Under the pieces are notes generated by a model, which saw nothing but the letters and a program-made list of their open reading frames with translations, did no database searches and had not been told where the DNA came from. Positions 39,507 to 49,344 of a stretch of DNA of 64,000 bases are shown piece by piece. Position 1 is the stretch's first letter; every line of letters starts with the position of its first letter. Source of the DNA: an uncultured Gammaproteobacteria bacterium (GTDB taxonomy: Bacteria; Patescibacteriota; Patescibacteriia; SG8-24); assembly GCA_964491475.1 (NCBI GenBank), contig CAZBFO010000003.1:253293-317292 (forward strand). Reading direction: 5' to 3'. A program made the translations under genes and the position numbers.

Positions 39507-40073
39507 ATGCAACCCACTTCTTCCGGAAACCGTATCGCCGTGTTCGGCGGAGGCTGCTTCTGGTGCACCGAGGCTGTCTTCAAGATGTTCCGCGGCGTCA
39601 TCGCCGTTTCGCCCGGTTATGCCGGCGGCACCGTGATGAATCCCACCTACGACCAGGTGTGCACCGGGCGCACCGGCCACGCCGAAGTCGTGCGCATCGA
39701 GTTCGATCCCGCGCTGGTCAGCTACGAGACCCTGTTGACGGTGTTCTTCGCCACCCACGACCCCACGACGCTCAATCGCCAGGGCAACGACATCGGCACG
39801 CAGTACCGTTCGTCCGTGTTCTATGCCGACGACGAGCAGGCGGCCCAGGCCAAGGCGTACATCGCCGCCTTGGAGCGCGAGTCGCCGGGCGGGGATCCCA
39901 TCGTGACCACGCTGGAGCCGCTCAATGCCTTTTATCCCGCCGAGGACTATCACCGCGACTATTACGCGCGCAACAAGGACGCGGGGTACTGCCAGGTAGT
40001 AATCAACCCCAAGCTCAAGAAGGTCAAGGAGAAGTTCGCCTCGCTGCTCGATGCCGCCGCTTCGGCGGAATAG
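39507..40073 (+). CDS. msrA: peptide methionine (S)-sulfoxide reductase MsrA
   Basis: Active-site signature AVFGGGCFWCTEAVF and conserved GHAEVVRIEFDP, YHQ(R)DYY. Confidence 0.85.
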   Translation: MQPTSSGNRIAVFGGGCFWCTEAVFKMFRGVIAVSPGYAGGTVMNPTYDQVCTGRTGHAEVVRIEFDPALVSYETLLTVFFATHDPTTLNRQGNDIGTQYRSSVFYADDEQAAQAKAYIAALERESPGGDPIVTTLEPLNAFYPAEDYHRDYYARNKDAGYCQVVINPKLKKVKEKFASLLDAAASAE

Positions 40074-40142
40074 CGCGGGTGATGCTGAAAAAGAAAACCG
40101 CTCGCCTTAGGCGAGCGGTTTTGCGTCGTGCGGCGAGACGCC

Positions 40143-43100
40143 TTACTTGGAAAGCGTCTGCGAGTCGGTGGGGACGACCTTCACGTAGCCGCCGTTGGCC
40201 CAGTCGGCACTGCTGGCGCCCACTGTGGCGTCGTGCGGCGAGGCGGACTGGTCTGACCAGACGAACTCGGAGTCGGTGCCGTCCACGGCGAACGGATAGT
40301 GGGCGGTGTCGCCGGCGACGGTCAAGGCGCCGGTGTCGAGCAGGGTGGCGCCGTCGTCGCCCAGCAGATGGCCGGTGACGGAGGAGCCGACGGATGCCGC
40401 GCCGACGTTCAGGCGGATGTCGTAGGTGCGCGAGGAGCCTGCCGCGACGGTTTCCTCGTTCGCCAGGCGAAGCACCAAGGTGCAGGTCGCGGCGGCACCG
40501 CAGGCGGTCAGCGCCGAGCTGCCGGCGAGATTGGACGAATCGCCGACGCGGCGCAGCTGCGAGTCGCCGTTGCTGATGTTGGTGATGGTTCCTGACGTGC
40601 CGTTGTTGACCAGCATCGCCAGCCCCTTGAGCGCCACGTCGCCGCCGCCGGCCGAGACGGTGAAGCGCATGGCCACGTTTTGGCCTGCCGTGAGCGTGGC
40701 GGTGGGCAGCGCCGCCAGGCTGACCGTAGGAACGGCCTTGCGGACGATCTTGGCGTTGCCGACCATGTCGCCGCCGATCGAAGTGATCAAGGTGGAGCTT
40801 CCGGCGGAAGCGCCGCGGATTTCGAGCGTGCCGGCGGTGTCCTTGAGGGTGGCCGTCACGGCGGAGCCGGTGGTCGCGCCGCTCGGGCCGACGGCGTTCA
40901 AGGTTCCCTTGACGGTCAGGTTCTTGGAGCTGTCTTTGGCGATGACGAAGCCGGTGATGCCGGAGAAGTCGGCGTTTCCGGAACCGTCGACCGAGACGGG
41001 GCCGGCGATCATCGTGCCGCCGTCGTAGAGGGAGAGGCTGCTGACGGCGTTGGGCGTGGCCACGTTGATGCGGGCCTTGGTCAGCTTGAGGTCTTCGTAT
41101 TGGGCGCTGAAGCGGAATTTGGCGAGCGTGACGCTGCTGGCCGACCCCAGCAGCAGGCCGGCGTCCGTTTCGGTCGAGCTGTCGGACGAGACGGCGGTGG
41201 TGACGGTGCCGCCGTCGGTCAGGCGCATGGCGGGTCCGTTGGCGGTGCCCGTGGCGGCGAGGGCGTTGCCGTCGGCATCGGTGGCGCTGACGTTGCCGCC
41301 GGTCAGCTGGAATGAGACGTCATCCGGGAGCGTGCCGGCGGCCATCGAGGAAGCGAGGTTGCCCCGGAGCTGCAAGGTGACGGTTTGGCCGGAAGGGACG
41401 ATCAGGTTGAGGGTGTCGAAGGTCAGGCTGCCGTCCGTGCCCGAGGCGGGGGACTTGGCGGCGCCGAGCTGCGTCGAGCCGTTCCAGAGCGTCACGGTCT
41501 GGACGTCGTCGGCAACGGAGGCGCAGCCTGCCGGCTCGCGGCCGTTGGAGAAAGCGCCGTTCGGGGCATTGGTGCAGACGCCGGAGTTGTCGCTGGAGTC
41601 GATACGTCCCTGCAGCTGGAGCGAGCTGATCGTCACCGGAGAGCCGTCGCCGGCCTTGAGCGAGAGGCCCATCAGCGCGACGCCCTGGCTGCCCTTCACG
41701 TACGATTGCGCCACCGGCGTCGAAGCGGCCGAAACCGCCAGCGTGGCCGGTGCCAGGCTGAACTGGTTGCCGGCGATGACGGAATCCGGGACGTAGTCGG
41801 ACGAGGTCAGGTCCTGGTTGGTGTCCACGTTCTTGATGGCCGAGGCGAGCGCGCTGAACTTGTTGAGCGAGACGCGGAGCTTGGACAGCGGGCCGAGAAT
41901 GGAGGCGTTGGCGACGTCGGCGACCACCTTGAAGGTGCGTGACTGGCCGGCCGGCAAAGTGAACGTTTCGGAGAAGTCGAGCGTGGCGGAAGCGGCACCG
42001 ACCAGGTAGCCCGTGGCACCGGTGACGTCCTTGGGACCCAGCACCGTGGTGCCGCTGGCCGTGTCGATGACTTTGATGTTGGTGATGCGGGGCGAGCTTA
42101 GCGAACCGTTATCGAGCGCACTGGCGCCGTCGCCGGAGACCGCCAGCTGGAGCTTGCGCACGTCCAATTTGGCGAGGGCCGACATGGTGAAGTTGAACAG
42201 CTCGACGCTTTTGGCGGCCGCGGCCAGGTTCTTGGAGGCCGGACCGTTGAACGAGGTGGTCAGCGTGCCGGACTCGATGCGGGTCGAAGAGCAATTGCCT
42301 GCGCCCAGCGCGCAGCTGTCGCCGTCGTACGATGCGCCGTTGGCGGTGGTGGTCACGACGGCCGAAGCGAAGCCGTACACGTGGCCGTAGGCGGCGACGT
42401 CGACCGGGTCGTCCACGTACGTGAAAATCGTTTCCGCGGTGCCGCCGCGCGATTCGGGGGCGATGTCGGCGTACAGGCTGAAAGTGCGGCTGTTGTTCTT
42501 TGTAAGCGTCACCGGGGTCGCCAGGACGAAGGTGGCACGGTCATAACGGTCGTATTTGGCGACGGTCGCGAGCGCGTTGCCGGCGCTCTCCAGCGACAGG
42601 TTGGAGAGCCTCTCGCGGGCGACGGAGCCGCCGTGGGTCAGGGCCAGCGAGGCGAAGTCCATGTCTTCGGTGCCGTCCAAAGTGAACTTGAACTCGCCGA
42701 TTTTCTGATGCTTGCCGCCGGAGACTACGTTGGAGAGCGGTGCCGGTCCCGACTTGTCGACGCTCAACAGGCCGCTGTTCGCCGGAGACATGGTGAAGAG
42801 GTTGCCGTGCAGCGGCAGGCCGCGGGCTGTCAGGTTGCCGCTCTTGAGGTCGATCAGGTCGAGCGCGTGCTGGTTGGAGCCGCCGAGGAAATAATTGAAG
42901 CCGGCGATGACCGACAGCACTTCGGTGGTTCCCGGCGCGACGTCCAAAATGACGCTGTTGAAGGCGGCGTCGTTGCTGGTGGAGTTGATGGTGACCATGC
43001 TGGTCAGGCGGTCGTAGCCGTGGAACAGGTACAGGCCGGCGATGTCGGTGTTGCCGCCGGCGCCGCGGCGATGAAGAGTGACCGAGGTGACGGCCGCCGT

Positions 43101-43763
43101 CGTTGAACCGGTGTTGGTGACGGCGATTTCCATCATCGACACGCCGATGCCGCCGACGAAGGTGTTCGAGGGGGGATTAGTCGGGGCGAGGGCGACCGAC
43201 AGCTTTCCGGATGAAGCGGCGGTTCCGCCGATGCCTCTGTCCGCGTTGATCGAGGCGGCCGCGGCCGAGGCCGAGGCGGGCGAGAAGTCAGCGGCGGCGC
43301 TCAAGTCCGAGCCCACGGAGTAGTTGGTGAAGAAGGCGTCTGGAACGTCGACGATTTTCTTGTTCCAGTCCGAGCCGTACAGCGCGGCCGCGATCGCCTC
43401 CGACGGCACCCAGCGCAGGGTGCAGTTGCGGTCGACGGCGTACACTTTGGGGTCAGTCGTAATTTTGACCATCAGCGCGCCTGGCTTCATGCAGACGTTG
43501 CCGCCGACAGTCATGGCGGCGAGCTCGGCATCAGTAAGGGTAGTGACAGCGGAAAAGTCCGCATACCAGGTCTTGTAGGTGGTCTGGTTCGGGAAGACGT
43601 AGCGCTTGCCGTCGGCGCCGACGTAATAGACGGCGGGTGTCGAGGCTTTGACCAGCGCGCCAGAAGACGCGCCCAAGGCGGCGAGCGGGGCGAACAGGGC
43701 AGAAAGAGACAGCGACCAGGCAATTGTCGCCGAGACGACCGCGGCGGTGAGGGATTTGCGCAT
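40143..43763 (-). CDS. large secreted Ser/Thr/Ala-rich surface protein (about 1,206 aa; adhesin or S-layer-like)
   Basis: Signal peptide MRKSLTAAVVSATIAWSLSLSALFAPLAALGASSG. Long beta-rich low-complexity region with repeated TLT/SVS/TVT tripeptide-type segments. Start placed at the internal ATG 43763. Confidence 0.6.
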   Translation of the reverse strand: MRKSLTAAVVSATIAWSLSLSALFAPLAALGASSGALVKASTPAVYYVGADGKRYVFPNQTTYKTWYADFSAVTTLTDAELAAMTVGGNVCMKPGALMVKITTDPKVYAVDRNCTLRWVPSEAIAAALYGSDWNKKIVDVPDAFFTNYSVGSDLSAAADFSPASASAAAASINADRGIGGTAASSGKLSVALAPTNPPSNTFVGGIGVSMMEIAVTNTGSTTAAVTSVTLHRRGAGGNTDIAGLYLFHGYDRLTSMVTINSTSNDAAFNSVILDVAPGTTEVLSVIAGFNYFLGGSNQHALDLIDLKSGNLTARGLPLHGNLFTMSPANSGLLSVDKSGPAPLSNVVSGGKHQKIGEFKFTLDGTEDMDFASLALTHGGSVARERLSNLSLESAGNALATVAKYDRYDRATFVLATPVTLTKNNSRTFSLYADIAPESRGGTAETIFTYVDDPVDVAAYGHVYGFASAVVTTTANGASYDGDSCALGAGNCSSTRIESGTLTTSFNGPASKNLAAAAKSVELFNFTMSALAKLDVRKLQLAVSGDGASALDNGSLSSPRITNIKVIDTASGTTVLGPKDVTGATGYLVGAASATLDFSETFTLPAGQSRTFKVVADVANASILGPLSKLRVSLNKFSALASAIKNVDTNQDLTSSDYVPDSVIAGNQFSLAPATLAVSAASTPVAQSYVKGSQGVALMGLSLKAGDGSPVTISSLQLQGRIDSSDNSGVCTNAPNGAFSNGREPAGCASVADDVQTVTLWNGSTQLGAAKSPASGTDGSLTFDTLNLIVPSGQTVTLQLRGNLASSMAAGTLPDDVSFQLTGGNVSATDADGNALAATGTANGPAMRLTDGGTVTTAVSSDSSTETDAGLLLGSASSVTLAKFRFSAQYEDLKLTKARINVATPNAVSSLSLYDGGTMIAGPVSVDGSGNADFSGITGFVIAKDSSKNLTVKGTLNAVGPSGATTGSAVTATLKDTAGTLEIRGASAGSSTLITSIGGDMVGNAKIVRKAVPTVSLAALPTATLTAGQNVAMRFTVSAGGGDVALKGLAMLVNNGTSGTITNISNGDSQLRRVGDSSNLAGSSALTACGAAATCTLVLRLANEETVAAGSSRTYDIRLNVGAASVGSSVTGHLLGDDGATLLDTGALTVAGDTAHYPFAVDGTDSEFVWSDQSASPHDATVGASSADWANGGYVKVVPTDSQTLSK

Positions 43764-43820
43764 GGGGATGCGGTTAAGAGATTCGTGGTCAGTATAGCAG
43801 TTTTTCCCGATGCCATGGGC

Positions 43821-43848
43821 AAAAAAAGCCCCCGTTATGCACGGGGGC
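43821..43848 (-). terminator. intrinsic terminator downstream of the minus-strand serine protease gene
   Basis: The minus strand reads GCCCCCGT-GCATA-ACGGGGGC followed by TTTTTTT (revcomp of 43821-43848). Confidence 0.45.
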
Positions 43849-43852
43849 GGTG

Positions 43853-44623
43853 TCAACGCAGGTCTGCGCGGGTCACGCCGAGCGCGGCCAGGGCATGCTC
43901 GATGGGAACGAGCCGCAGGCGGCCGTTCTTGCCATACGGTCCCAGGGCGACGCCGACGATTTCGCCGCAGGCGTTCAGCACGGGGGAGCCGTTGTCGAGC
44001 GGCCTGCTCGGAATTTCGGCCTCGGCGAGACTTACGTCGCCGTCGCCAGCAACGTCGGCTTGCGCGATGGTGCCATTCACCAGCGGACCGTGGTCGCCGA
44101 GAAACCAGACGCGATCGCCAAGGATGACCTTGTCATGCCGAATGGCCATCGGCGGCGGCATGGAACCGCTGACGTTCAGCATCAGCAGCGCCAGGTCGGC
44201 GTCGCGCGAAGTGACCAGCGGCGTCGCCAACGCTTCGCGCGTTTCCTGGTAGCGGCCGTTCTCGGCAGGCGAGCGGAGGGTGACGGTAATGAGCTGCGCT
44301 CCCTGGATGACGTGATAGGCCGTCAGGACGTAGCCTTTCGAGCCGATGATCGTGCCGGAGCCGGTCAGGGCGGACCGGCCGGCTTCGCCGTTGTAGCGGA
44401 GACCTCGGACGGTCACCGTCGAGGCCACGGTCCGCCTTATGAACCCTTCCTCGCGGGCGCGGGCGGCGGCAGCCGAGACGTTCGGCTGGCCGAAGGCCAG
44501 GCACTCGGTGTCCTGGGGGCAGATGCCCGGCGCACGGACGTAAACGGTCTTGGTGCAGGCGGCCGCGAAGAGCACGATGCCCAATGTCAGCAGCCGCAGG
44601 AAATGAGCGAGAGGGCGGGCCAT
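43853..44623 (-). CDS. trypsin-like serine protease (S1 family, HtrA/DegP-like protease domain without obvious PDZ)
   Basis: Start at the internal ATG with AAGGAGG 5 nt upstream. N-terminus MARPLAHFLRLLTLGIVLFAAAC is a signal peptide, possibly a lipobox. Catalytic motifs GYVLTAYHVIQGA (His) and GDHGPLVN-type Ser region. Confidence 0.7.
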   Translation of the reverse strand: MARPLAHFLRLLTLGIVLFAAACTKTVYVRAPGICPQDTECLAFGQPNVSAAAARAREEGFIRRTVASTVTVRGLRYNGEAGRSALTGSGTIIGSKGYVLTAYHVIQGAQLITVTLRSPAENGRYQETREALATPLVTSRDADLALLMLNVSGSMPPPMAIRHDKVILGDRVWFLGDHGPLVNGTIAQADVAGDGDVSLAEAEIPSRPLDNGSPVLNACGEIVGVALGPYGKNGRLRLVPIEHALAALGVTRADLR

Positions 44624-44737
44624 ACGTGCCTCCTTTGCTTGGGGTACGGGCCGATGCAGGTATCCTTGCAGGACGGTCATGGCCAGTCAACTGTGCTATG
44701 CTCACAGCAGTCCTTTCCTCCGCTTGGAGAGGCCGAC

Positions 44738-45388
44738 ATGAGAAAAACCGTCAGCCTTCGGGTTCCGTTCTTTCCGCAGCCAAAGGGCGTGGGCTGGTGC
44801 GTGCCGGCCTGCCTGCAAATGGTCATGGCCTACCACGGCGACAAGGTACCGCTGCAGGAGATCGTCGATGACATCGGCGTGACAAGGCACGGCGGTCTCG
44901 ATGAGATGCACGCGGCCATCTACCTGCTTCGACGCGGGTACGGCGTGCGCCTCCTCGGCTGGCATCAGGGCTATCCCGCCAGCTTCTCCAAGGTGCGGGG
45001 CGAGCTTCCGGCGGGCACGTTCGTCGATTGGGCCTTTCGTGACGTGAAGCATCCTTCGATGTACCGCGTCGCCTGCCGCAGCTACTGCATGGAGTTCCTT
45101 GACCGCGGCGGCATCCTGGAACCGCGGCCAGCCAGCGTCGACGACCTGTACGGTGCCCTTGGACGGAGAGAGCCGCCCATCGTCATCGTGAGCGTCACCA
45201 CGCTCTGGCACACGGATTCGACGGGAACGCACGCCATCGTCTGTACCGGCATGAGCGAATGGACCGCCTCGTTCCTGGACCCGTCCCTTTCCGGGGGCAA
45301 ATCCAGCTACCGGCACGACGTCTTCCTGCACGCCTTTTACCGCGTGGAGGGGAGCGCGCTGCTGATCAGCCCGCCAAAACGCAGGTGA
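44738..45388 (+). CDS. standalone peptidase C39-like (papain-fold cysteine peptidase) domain protein
   Basis: GGAGAGG before the ATG at 44738. FFPQPKGVGWCVPACLQMVMAYHGDKVPLQEI resembles the catalytic Cys region of C39/C39-like domains. A later His (…HAIVCTG…) is plausible. There is no ABC-transporter partner in the window. Confidence 0.5.
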   Translation: MRKTVSLRVPFFPQPKGVGWCVPACLQMVMAYHGDKVPLQEIVDDIGVTRHGGLDEMHAAIYLLRRGYGVRLLGWHQGYPASFSKVRGELPAGTFVDWAFRDVKHPSMYRVACRSYCMEFLDRGGILEPRPASVDDLYGALGRREPPIVIVSVTTLWHTDSTGTHAIVCTGMSEWTASFLDPSLSGGKSSYRHDVFLHAFYRVEGSALLISPPKRR

Positions 45389-45528
45389 GCGTGACCTTTC
45401 TTCGCTTTCGCGTGAGCTTCGGCTCACGCTTTTTCGTCGGTGAGCAGTTTGCGGCCGCATTGACCGAAACGGCCCGACATGCTAGGTTTGGCAGTCATTT
45501 AAGACGAATCATTTTTTAACGCACGAAT

Positions 45529-46740
45529 ATGTACCCGCAGGTCACTCTCCAGTCCGGCAAGGAAATGAACGTCGTGTTCCGCCACCCGTGGATTTTCTCG
45601 GGCGCGCTGACCAAGCGCCCTGACACCATCGAGCACGGCGACCTGGTCCGCGTCACCGACGTGTCCGGCAAGATCCTGGGCATCGGCACCTACTCGGCCA
45701 AGTCTTCGATTGCCGTGCGCGTGCTGGCCTTCGGCGACGTCGACGTGCAGGTCAATCAGCAGTGGTTCGCAGCGCGCTTTGCCGAGGCGGAGGAGCGCAA
45801 GCGCCTGCTGGGCTTCGGCCCCGGCCTGGCCACGGACGGTTATCGCCTGGTGTTCGGCGAAGCCGACGGCATTCCCGGTTTGGTGGTCGACCGCTACCGC
45901 GACGTTTTCGTGATGCAGATTTCGACCGCCGGTATGGACCGCCTGCGCGATGCCATCGTCGGCGCGCTCAAGGCAGTCTTCAAGCCCGCGGCCATCGTGG
46001 AACGCAGCGACATCGCCGTGCGCAAGGAAGAAGCCCTGCGCGACGAAGTCGGCGTGCTTTTCGGCACCGTTCCCGAAGTCGTCGAGTTCAAGGAGAACGG
46101 CCTGACCTTCGCCGCCGACGTGATGAACGGCCAGAAGACGGGTTTCTTCCTGGACCAGAAGTCGCTGCGCCAGTCGATCGCCAAGCTGGCCAAGGGCCGC
46201 GAGGTACTGAACCTGTTCTCGTATTCCGGCTCTGCCTCGGTGGCCGCGATCAAGGGCGGCGCGACCAAGGTGACCAACGTCGACAGTTCCGCCGACGCGC
46301 TGGCCGCCGCTCGCCGCCATGCCGAAATGAACGGCATCGAGGAGCACGTCATGGTCAACGAGGAATCCGACGTCTTCCAGTACCTCTCCGGCAAGACCGA
46401 GCCCGCCTTCGACATGGTCATCGTCGACCCGCCGGCGCTCATCAAGGCGCAGCGCGACGAAGAAGAAGGTAAGAAGGCCTACCACTTCCTGAACCGCGCC
46501 TCGCTCCGCCTGGTCCGCGACGGCGGCATCTTCGTGACTTCCAGCTGCTCGCACTTCTTCTCGGAAGAGGACTTCGCCTTCACTTTGCGCCGCGCTTCGG
46601 TGCAGGCCGGCGTCCGCCTGGACCTGCTCGAGACTATCCATCAGGCTCCCGACCACCCGACCTCGGTGTATTTCCCGGAGTCGGCCTACCTGAAGTCGTT
46701 CGTGTGCCGCGTGACGCGGGAAGGCGGCAAGACTGCCTAA
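45529..46740 (+). CDS. rlmI: 23S rRNA (cytosine-C5)-methyltransferase RlmI (PUA + class I SAM methyltransferase)
   Basis: The N-terminus VTLQSGKEMNVVFRHPWIFSGAL aligns with E. coli RlmI [23 protein letters not shown]. Downstream SAM motif region VLNLFSYSGSASV and DMVIVDPP. Confidence 0.8.
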   Translation: MYPQVTLQSGKEMNVVFRHPWIFSGALTKRPDTIEHGDLVRVTDVSGKILGIGTYSAKSSIAVRVLAFGDVDVQVNQQWFAARFAEAEERKRLLGFGPGLATDGYRLVFGEADGIPGLVVDRYRDVFVMQISTAGMDRLRDAIVGALKAVFKPAAIVERSDIAVRKEEALRDEVGVLFGTVPEVVEFKENGLTFAADVMNGQKTGFFLDQKSLRQSIAKLAKGREVLNLFSYSGSASVAAIKGGATKVTNVDSSADALAAARRHAEMNGIEEHVMVNEESDVFQYLSGKTEPAFDMVIVDPPALIKAQRDEEEGKKAYHFLNRASLRLVRDGGIFVTSSCSHFFSEEDFAFTLRRASVQAGVRLDLLETIHQAPDHPTSVYFPESAYLKSFVCRVTREGGKTA

Positions 46741-46880
46741 AGTGCCCAATGGCTGCCAAAAATCGCCTCAACACAGGCGATTTTTTCGTTCTTGGCGGGT
46801 TGACTTTCAGTGACGGTTTTGATAGACCGATGGTGGCTCGTCATCGAGTCGGGGAGTTCCCTGCAAGGAGGCTGACGGCC

Positions 46881-49166
46881 ATGAAAAAGCAGATCTTTCG
46901 CATCGTTATCGCGGCTTTCGTGGTCGCTCTGGCATCATTCGGAGTCGTTACGTATAGGACCTGGCATTTGGCAAAGCAGACCCAACAGCTTGCCGAACAG
47001 CAGCGCGCGCTGCAGCAGAAGACGGAAGCGGACGCGAAGGCTTTGGCCGACGCCGCTCGTGCGATCGAGGCGCAACGCCGGCACATCAAGGTGCTGGTGA
47101 CGCCGTTCGAAAACGGAGCTGCCGCGCAGTCGCTTTCAGCCTTGTCGTTGGGCATCCCGACGCACATCGCCGAGCGGCTCGAGGACGATCCGTACATCGA
47201 ACCGATCAACGGTCCGCTGGTGCTGACGGATCAGCAGGCACAGCTGGTGACGCCCAAAGGCAAGGACTACGATCTTGCCAAGGCCAACCAGCTGGCAATG
47301 AACCGCGGAGCCAGCCACTTCCTCACCGGCCGTTTCTACGGTCAGGTGTGGACATGGACCTTCGAGGCGCATCTGTACAAGGCAGCGGCCATCGGTCCGA
47401 TTCTGGTCGGTTCGGGAAAAGCTTTCGGTGATCTCACCGGCCTGGTCCCTACGGCCAGCGGCAAGACGGTGCGCACCAACTCGGCGGCCAACATCTTCAT
47501 GCTGCTGGGCAAGGCGGTCGACGGGGCGTTCGCAAGCGCGACCTTCCCTCTCGAACCGCAGACGTCCAAAGCGGTGGCCACGCCGCCGACGCCGGACGCC
47601 TTCGCGTTCCTGAAGCTGTCGCGCGCCTACGTGCGCTACTTCACGAACGTCTCGGAAGACGGCGTGGACGACACGGCCATCGGCCTGGCGAAAGTCGCGG
47701 CCATCATCGATCCCAAGCAGTCGGAAGCGCAGCGTCTGTACGCCGCGCTGCTGCTCGCGGACGAGGAGGTCAAGCTGGCGCGGATTCACTACGAGTTCGC
47801 CATCGAGGCGCGTCCCCGCGACGTCCGCTCGCTGATGGCGCTGGGTAAGCTGGAGCTCGATGCCGGCAACGCCGACATCGCTTCCGGTTACCTGAAGCGC
47901 GCCACCGAAGTCCGCCCCAAGGACGGCGACACCTTCTACTGGTACGCCATGGCGCGGCTCAAGCTCGGCAAGACCGATGAGGCCATCGCCTCGCTGGAAA
48001 AAGCCCGGGACTTGCAGTGGTGGCACGCGCCCGCACGCAAGGAGCTGGCCAACCAGTACGCGCTGCGGCACCGCTACCGCGAAGCCGCCGCCGAACTGGA
48101 AGTGGTCGCCAACCGCATCCTGACCAACGACCCCGAACCCGTGTTCCTGCAGGCCGCTTGCCTTCGTGCAGCGGGCGACCGGGCCGCAGCGGGCTTGGTG
48201 CTCTGGCAGGCAAAGCGCCGCTTTCCCGGGGAATCTCGCATCTGGAAGTTTCGGGGCGATTTGTTCCTGCACGATGGCAACATCGAGCGTGCCACTAGCG
48301 AGTATCGAGTGGCCTACAGCAAAGCGAGGAACGACGCGCGCCTGAAGGCAATCCTCGGATACGAGACCGGCGGTCCGGTCCCGCTCGGCGGCGACACGCT
48401 GCTGCAGACCGTCGGTTCGGTCACCAACGATGCCGTAATCGTGGAGACCGCCCGTTCCGGATTTCAGAGGGCCGTCAACGACGCCGTCGCCGACCTGCAC
48501 TACAATGCGGAAAAAGCCTGTCTCGACGGCGGCGCTTCGTCCTCGGCGTTGCTCGCCCAAAAGCTGGGCCAGCAGCACCAAGAAATCGGCACGCGCTTCG
48601 TTAACGACAGCACCCGCATTTCGCGGGCGCTCAAGGATGGCGAGGGCTCCGCGCTGACGCCCGACGAGTTGGTCGCGGCGGAAAAAGCCATCGCAAGTTC
48701 GGCGGTGTCACAGCGAGACTCGCGCGAGATGCGCGGACAGTACATGGGAGTGTTCATTCCCCTGTACCGCCGCTTCAAGTGCGAGACCTACGACGGTCCG
48801 ATCAAGGCGGCAACCGTCGCCGACATCGACCGCCGCGACGCCGACCGCCAGGTGTCCCTGCCGCCGGTGCCGATTCCGCCGACGCTGATGTCCTTCACCC
48901 CGCAGCTCGACGTCGAGGAGGGGAGAGTCATCCGCTTTCTGGTGGACAACAAGGAGGGCACCAAGGAACAGGTGCTCACCTTGGACGACAAGGAGCTCGG
49001 TACCGTCCTTCCCGGACGCCAGCTGACCTTCTCGACGGAGTTCGGCTACCACCGCCTGTGCCTGCTGCCCAAGGGCAGCAAGTGCGGCGATGCGGCCACG
49101 CTCCGAGTGCCGTTCATTCATGACGGGTGGACCATCCGGGTCCGCAACTTGAAAACCGCCAAGTAG
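46881..49166 (+). CDS. membrane-anchored TPR-repeat protein
   Basis: AAGGAGG before the ATG at 46881. N-terminal transmembrane segment MKKQIFRIVIAAFVVALASFGVV. TPR-like helical repeats (…LYAALLLADEEVKLARIHYEFAIEARPRDVRSLMALGKLELDAGNADIASGYLKRATEVRPKDGDTFYWYAMARLKLGKTDEAIASLEKA…). Confidence 0.6.
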   Translation: MKKQIFRIVIAAFVVALASFGVVTYRTWHLAKQTQQLAEQQRALQQKTEADAKALADAARAIEAQRRHIKVLVTPFENGAAAQSLSALSLGIPTHIAERLEDDPYIEPINGPLVLTDQQAQLVTPKGKDYDLAKANQLAMNRGASHFLTGRFYGQVWTWTFEAHLYKAAAIGPILVGSGKAFGDLTGLVPTASGKTVRTNSAANIFMLLGKAVDGAFASATFPLEPQTSKAVATPPTPDAFAFLKLSRAYVRYFTNVSEDGVDDTAIGLAKVAAIIDPKQSEAQRLYAALLLADEEVKLARIHYEFAIEARPRDVRSLMALGKLELDAGNADIASGYLKRATEVRPKDGDTFYWYAMARLKLGKTDEAIASLEKARDLQWWHAPARKELANQYALRHRYREAAAELEVVANRILTNDPEPVFLQAACLRAAGDRAAAGLVLWQAKRRFPGESRIWKFRGDLFLHDGNIERATSEYRVAYSKARNDARLKAILGYETGGPVPLGGDTLLQTVGSVTNDAVIVETARSGFQRAVNDAVADLHYNAEKACLDGGASSSALLAQKLGQQHQEIGTRFVNDSTRISRALKDGEGSALTPDELVAAEKAIASSAVSQRDSREMRGQYMGVFIPLYRRFKCETYDGPIKAATVADIDRRDADRQVSLPPVPIPPTLMSFTPQLDVEEGRVIRFLVDNKEGTKEQVLTLDDKELGTVLPGRQLTFSTEFGYHRLCLLPKGSKCGDAATLRVPFIHDGWTIRVRNLKTAK

Positions 49167-49344
49167 GCGGCTTCCCCTGACTTTCCGTCAGGGGTTTTTG
49201 TTTGCGATCTTTTGCATGGCTGCGGCCAAATTGACAAAACCCCCCATTTGGCTCACCCTTCCCACGATGTTTGTGCAGGGGCTGTCCCTCCATAAACACG
49301 CCCTTTTCAGCAGGAAATCCTTCTCAATCAGAGGGGAGAGAACA

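Noticed and set aside
43850-45388. 512-aa plus-strand ORF covering the serine protease gene in antisense and then the C39-like region.
   Set aside because: The first ~295 codons are antisense to a well-supported protease gene. A Shine-Dalgarno sequence plus ATG at 44738 begins the only motif-bearing part, so the call was shortened to 44738..45388.
46704-46880. Upstream extension of the TPR protein ORF (MPRDAGRRQDCLKCP…).
   Set aside because: It overlaps the end of rlmI and has no ribosome-binding site. An AAGGAGG precedes the internal ATG at 46881, where a transmembrane anchor begins.
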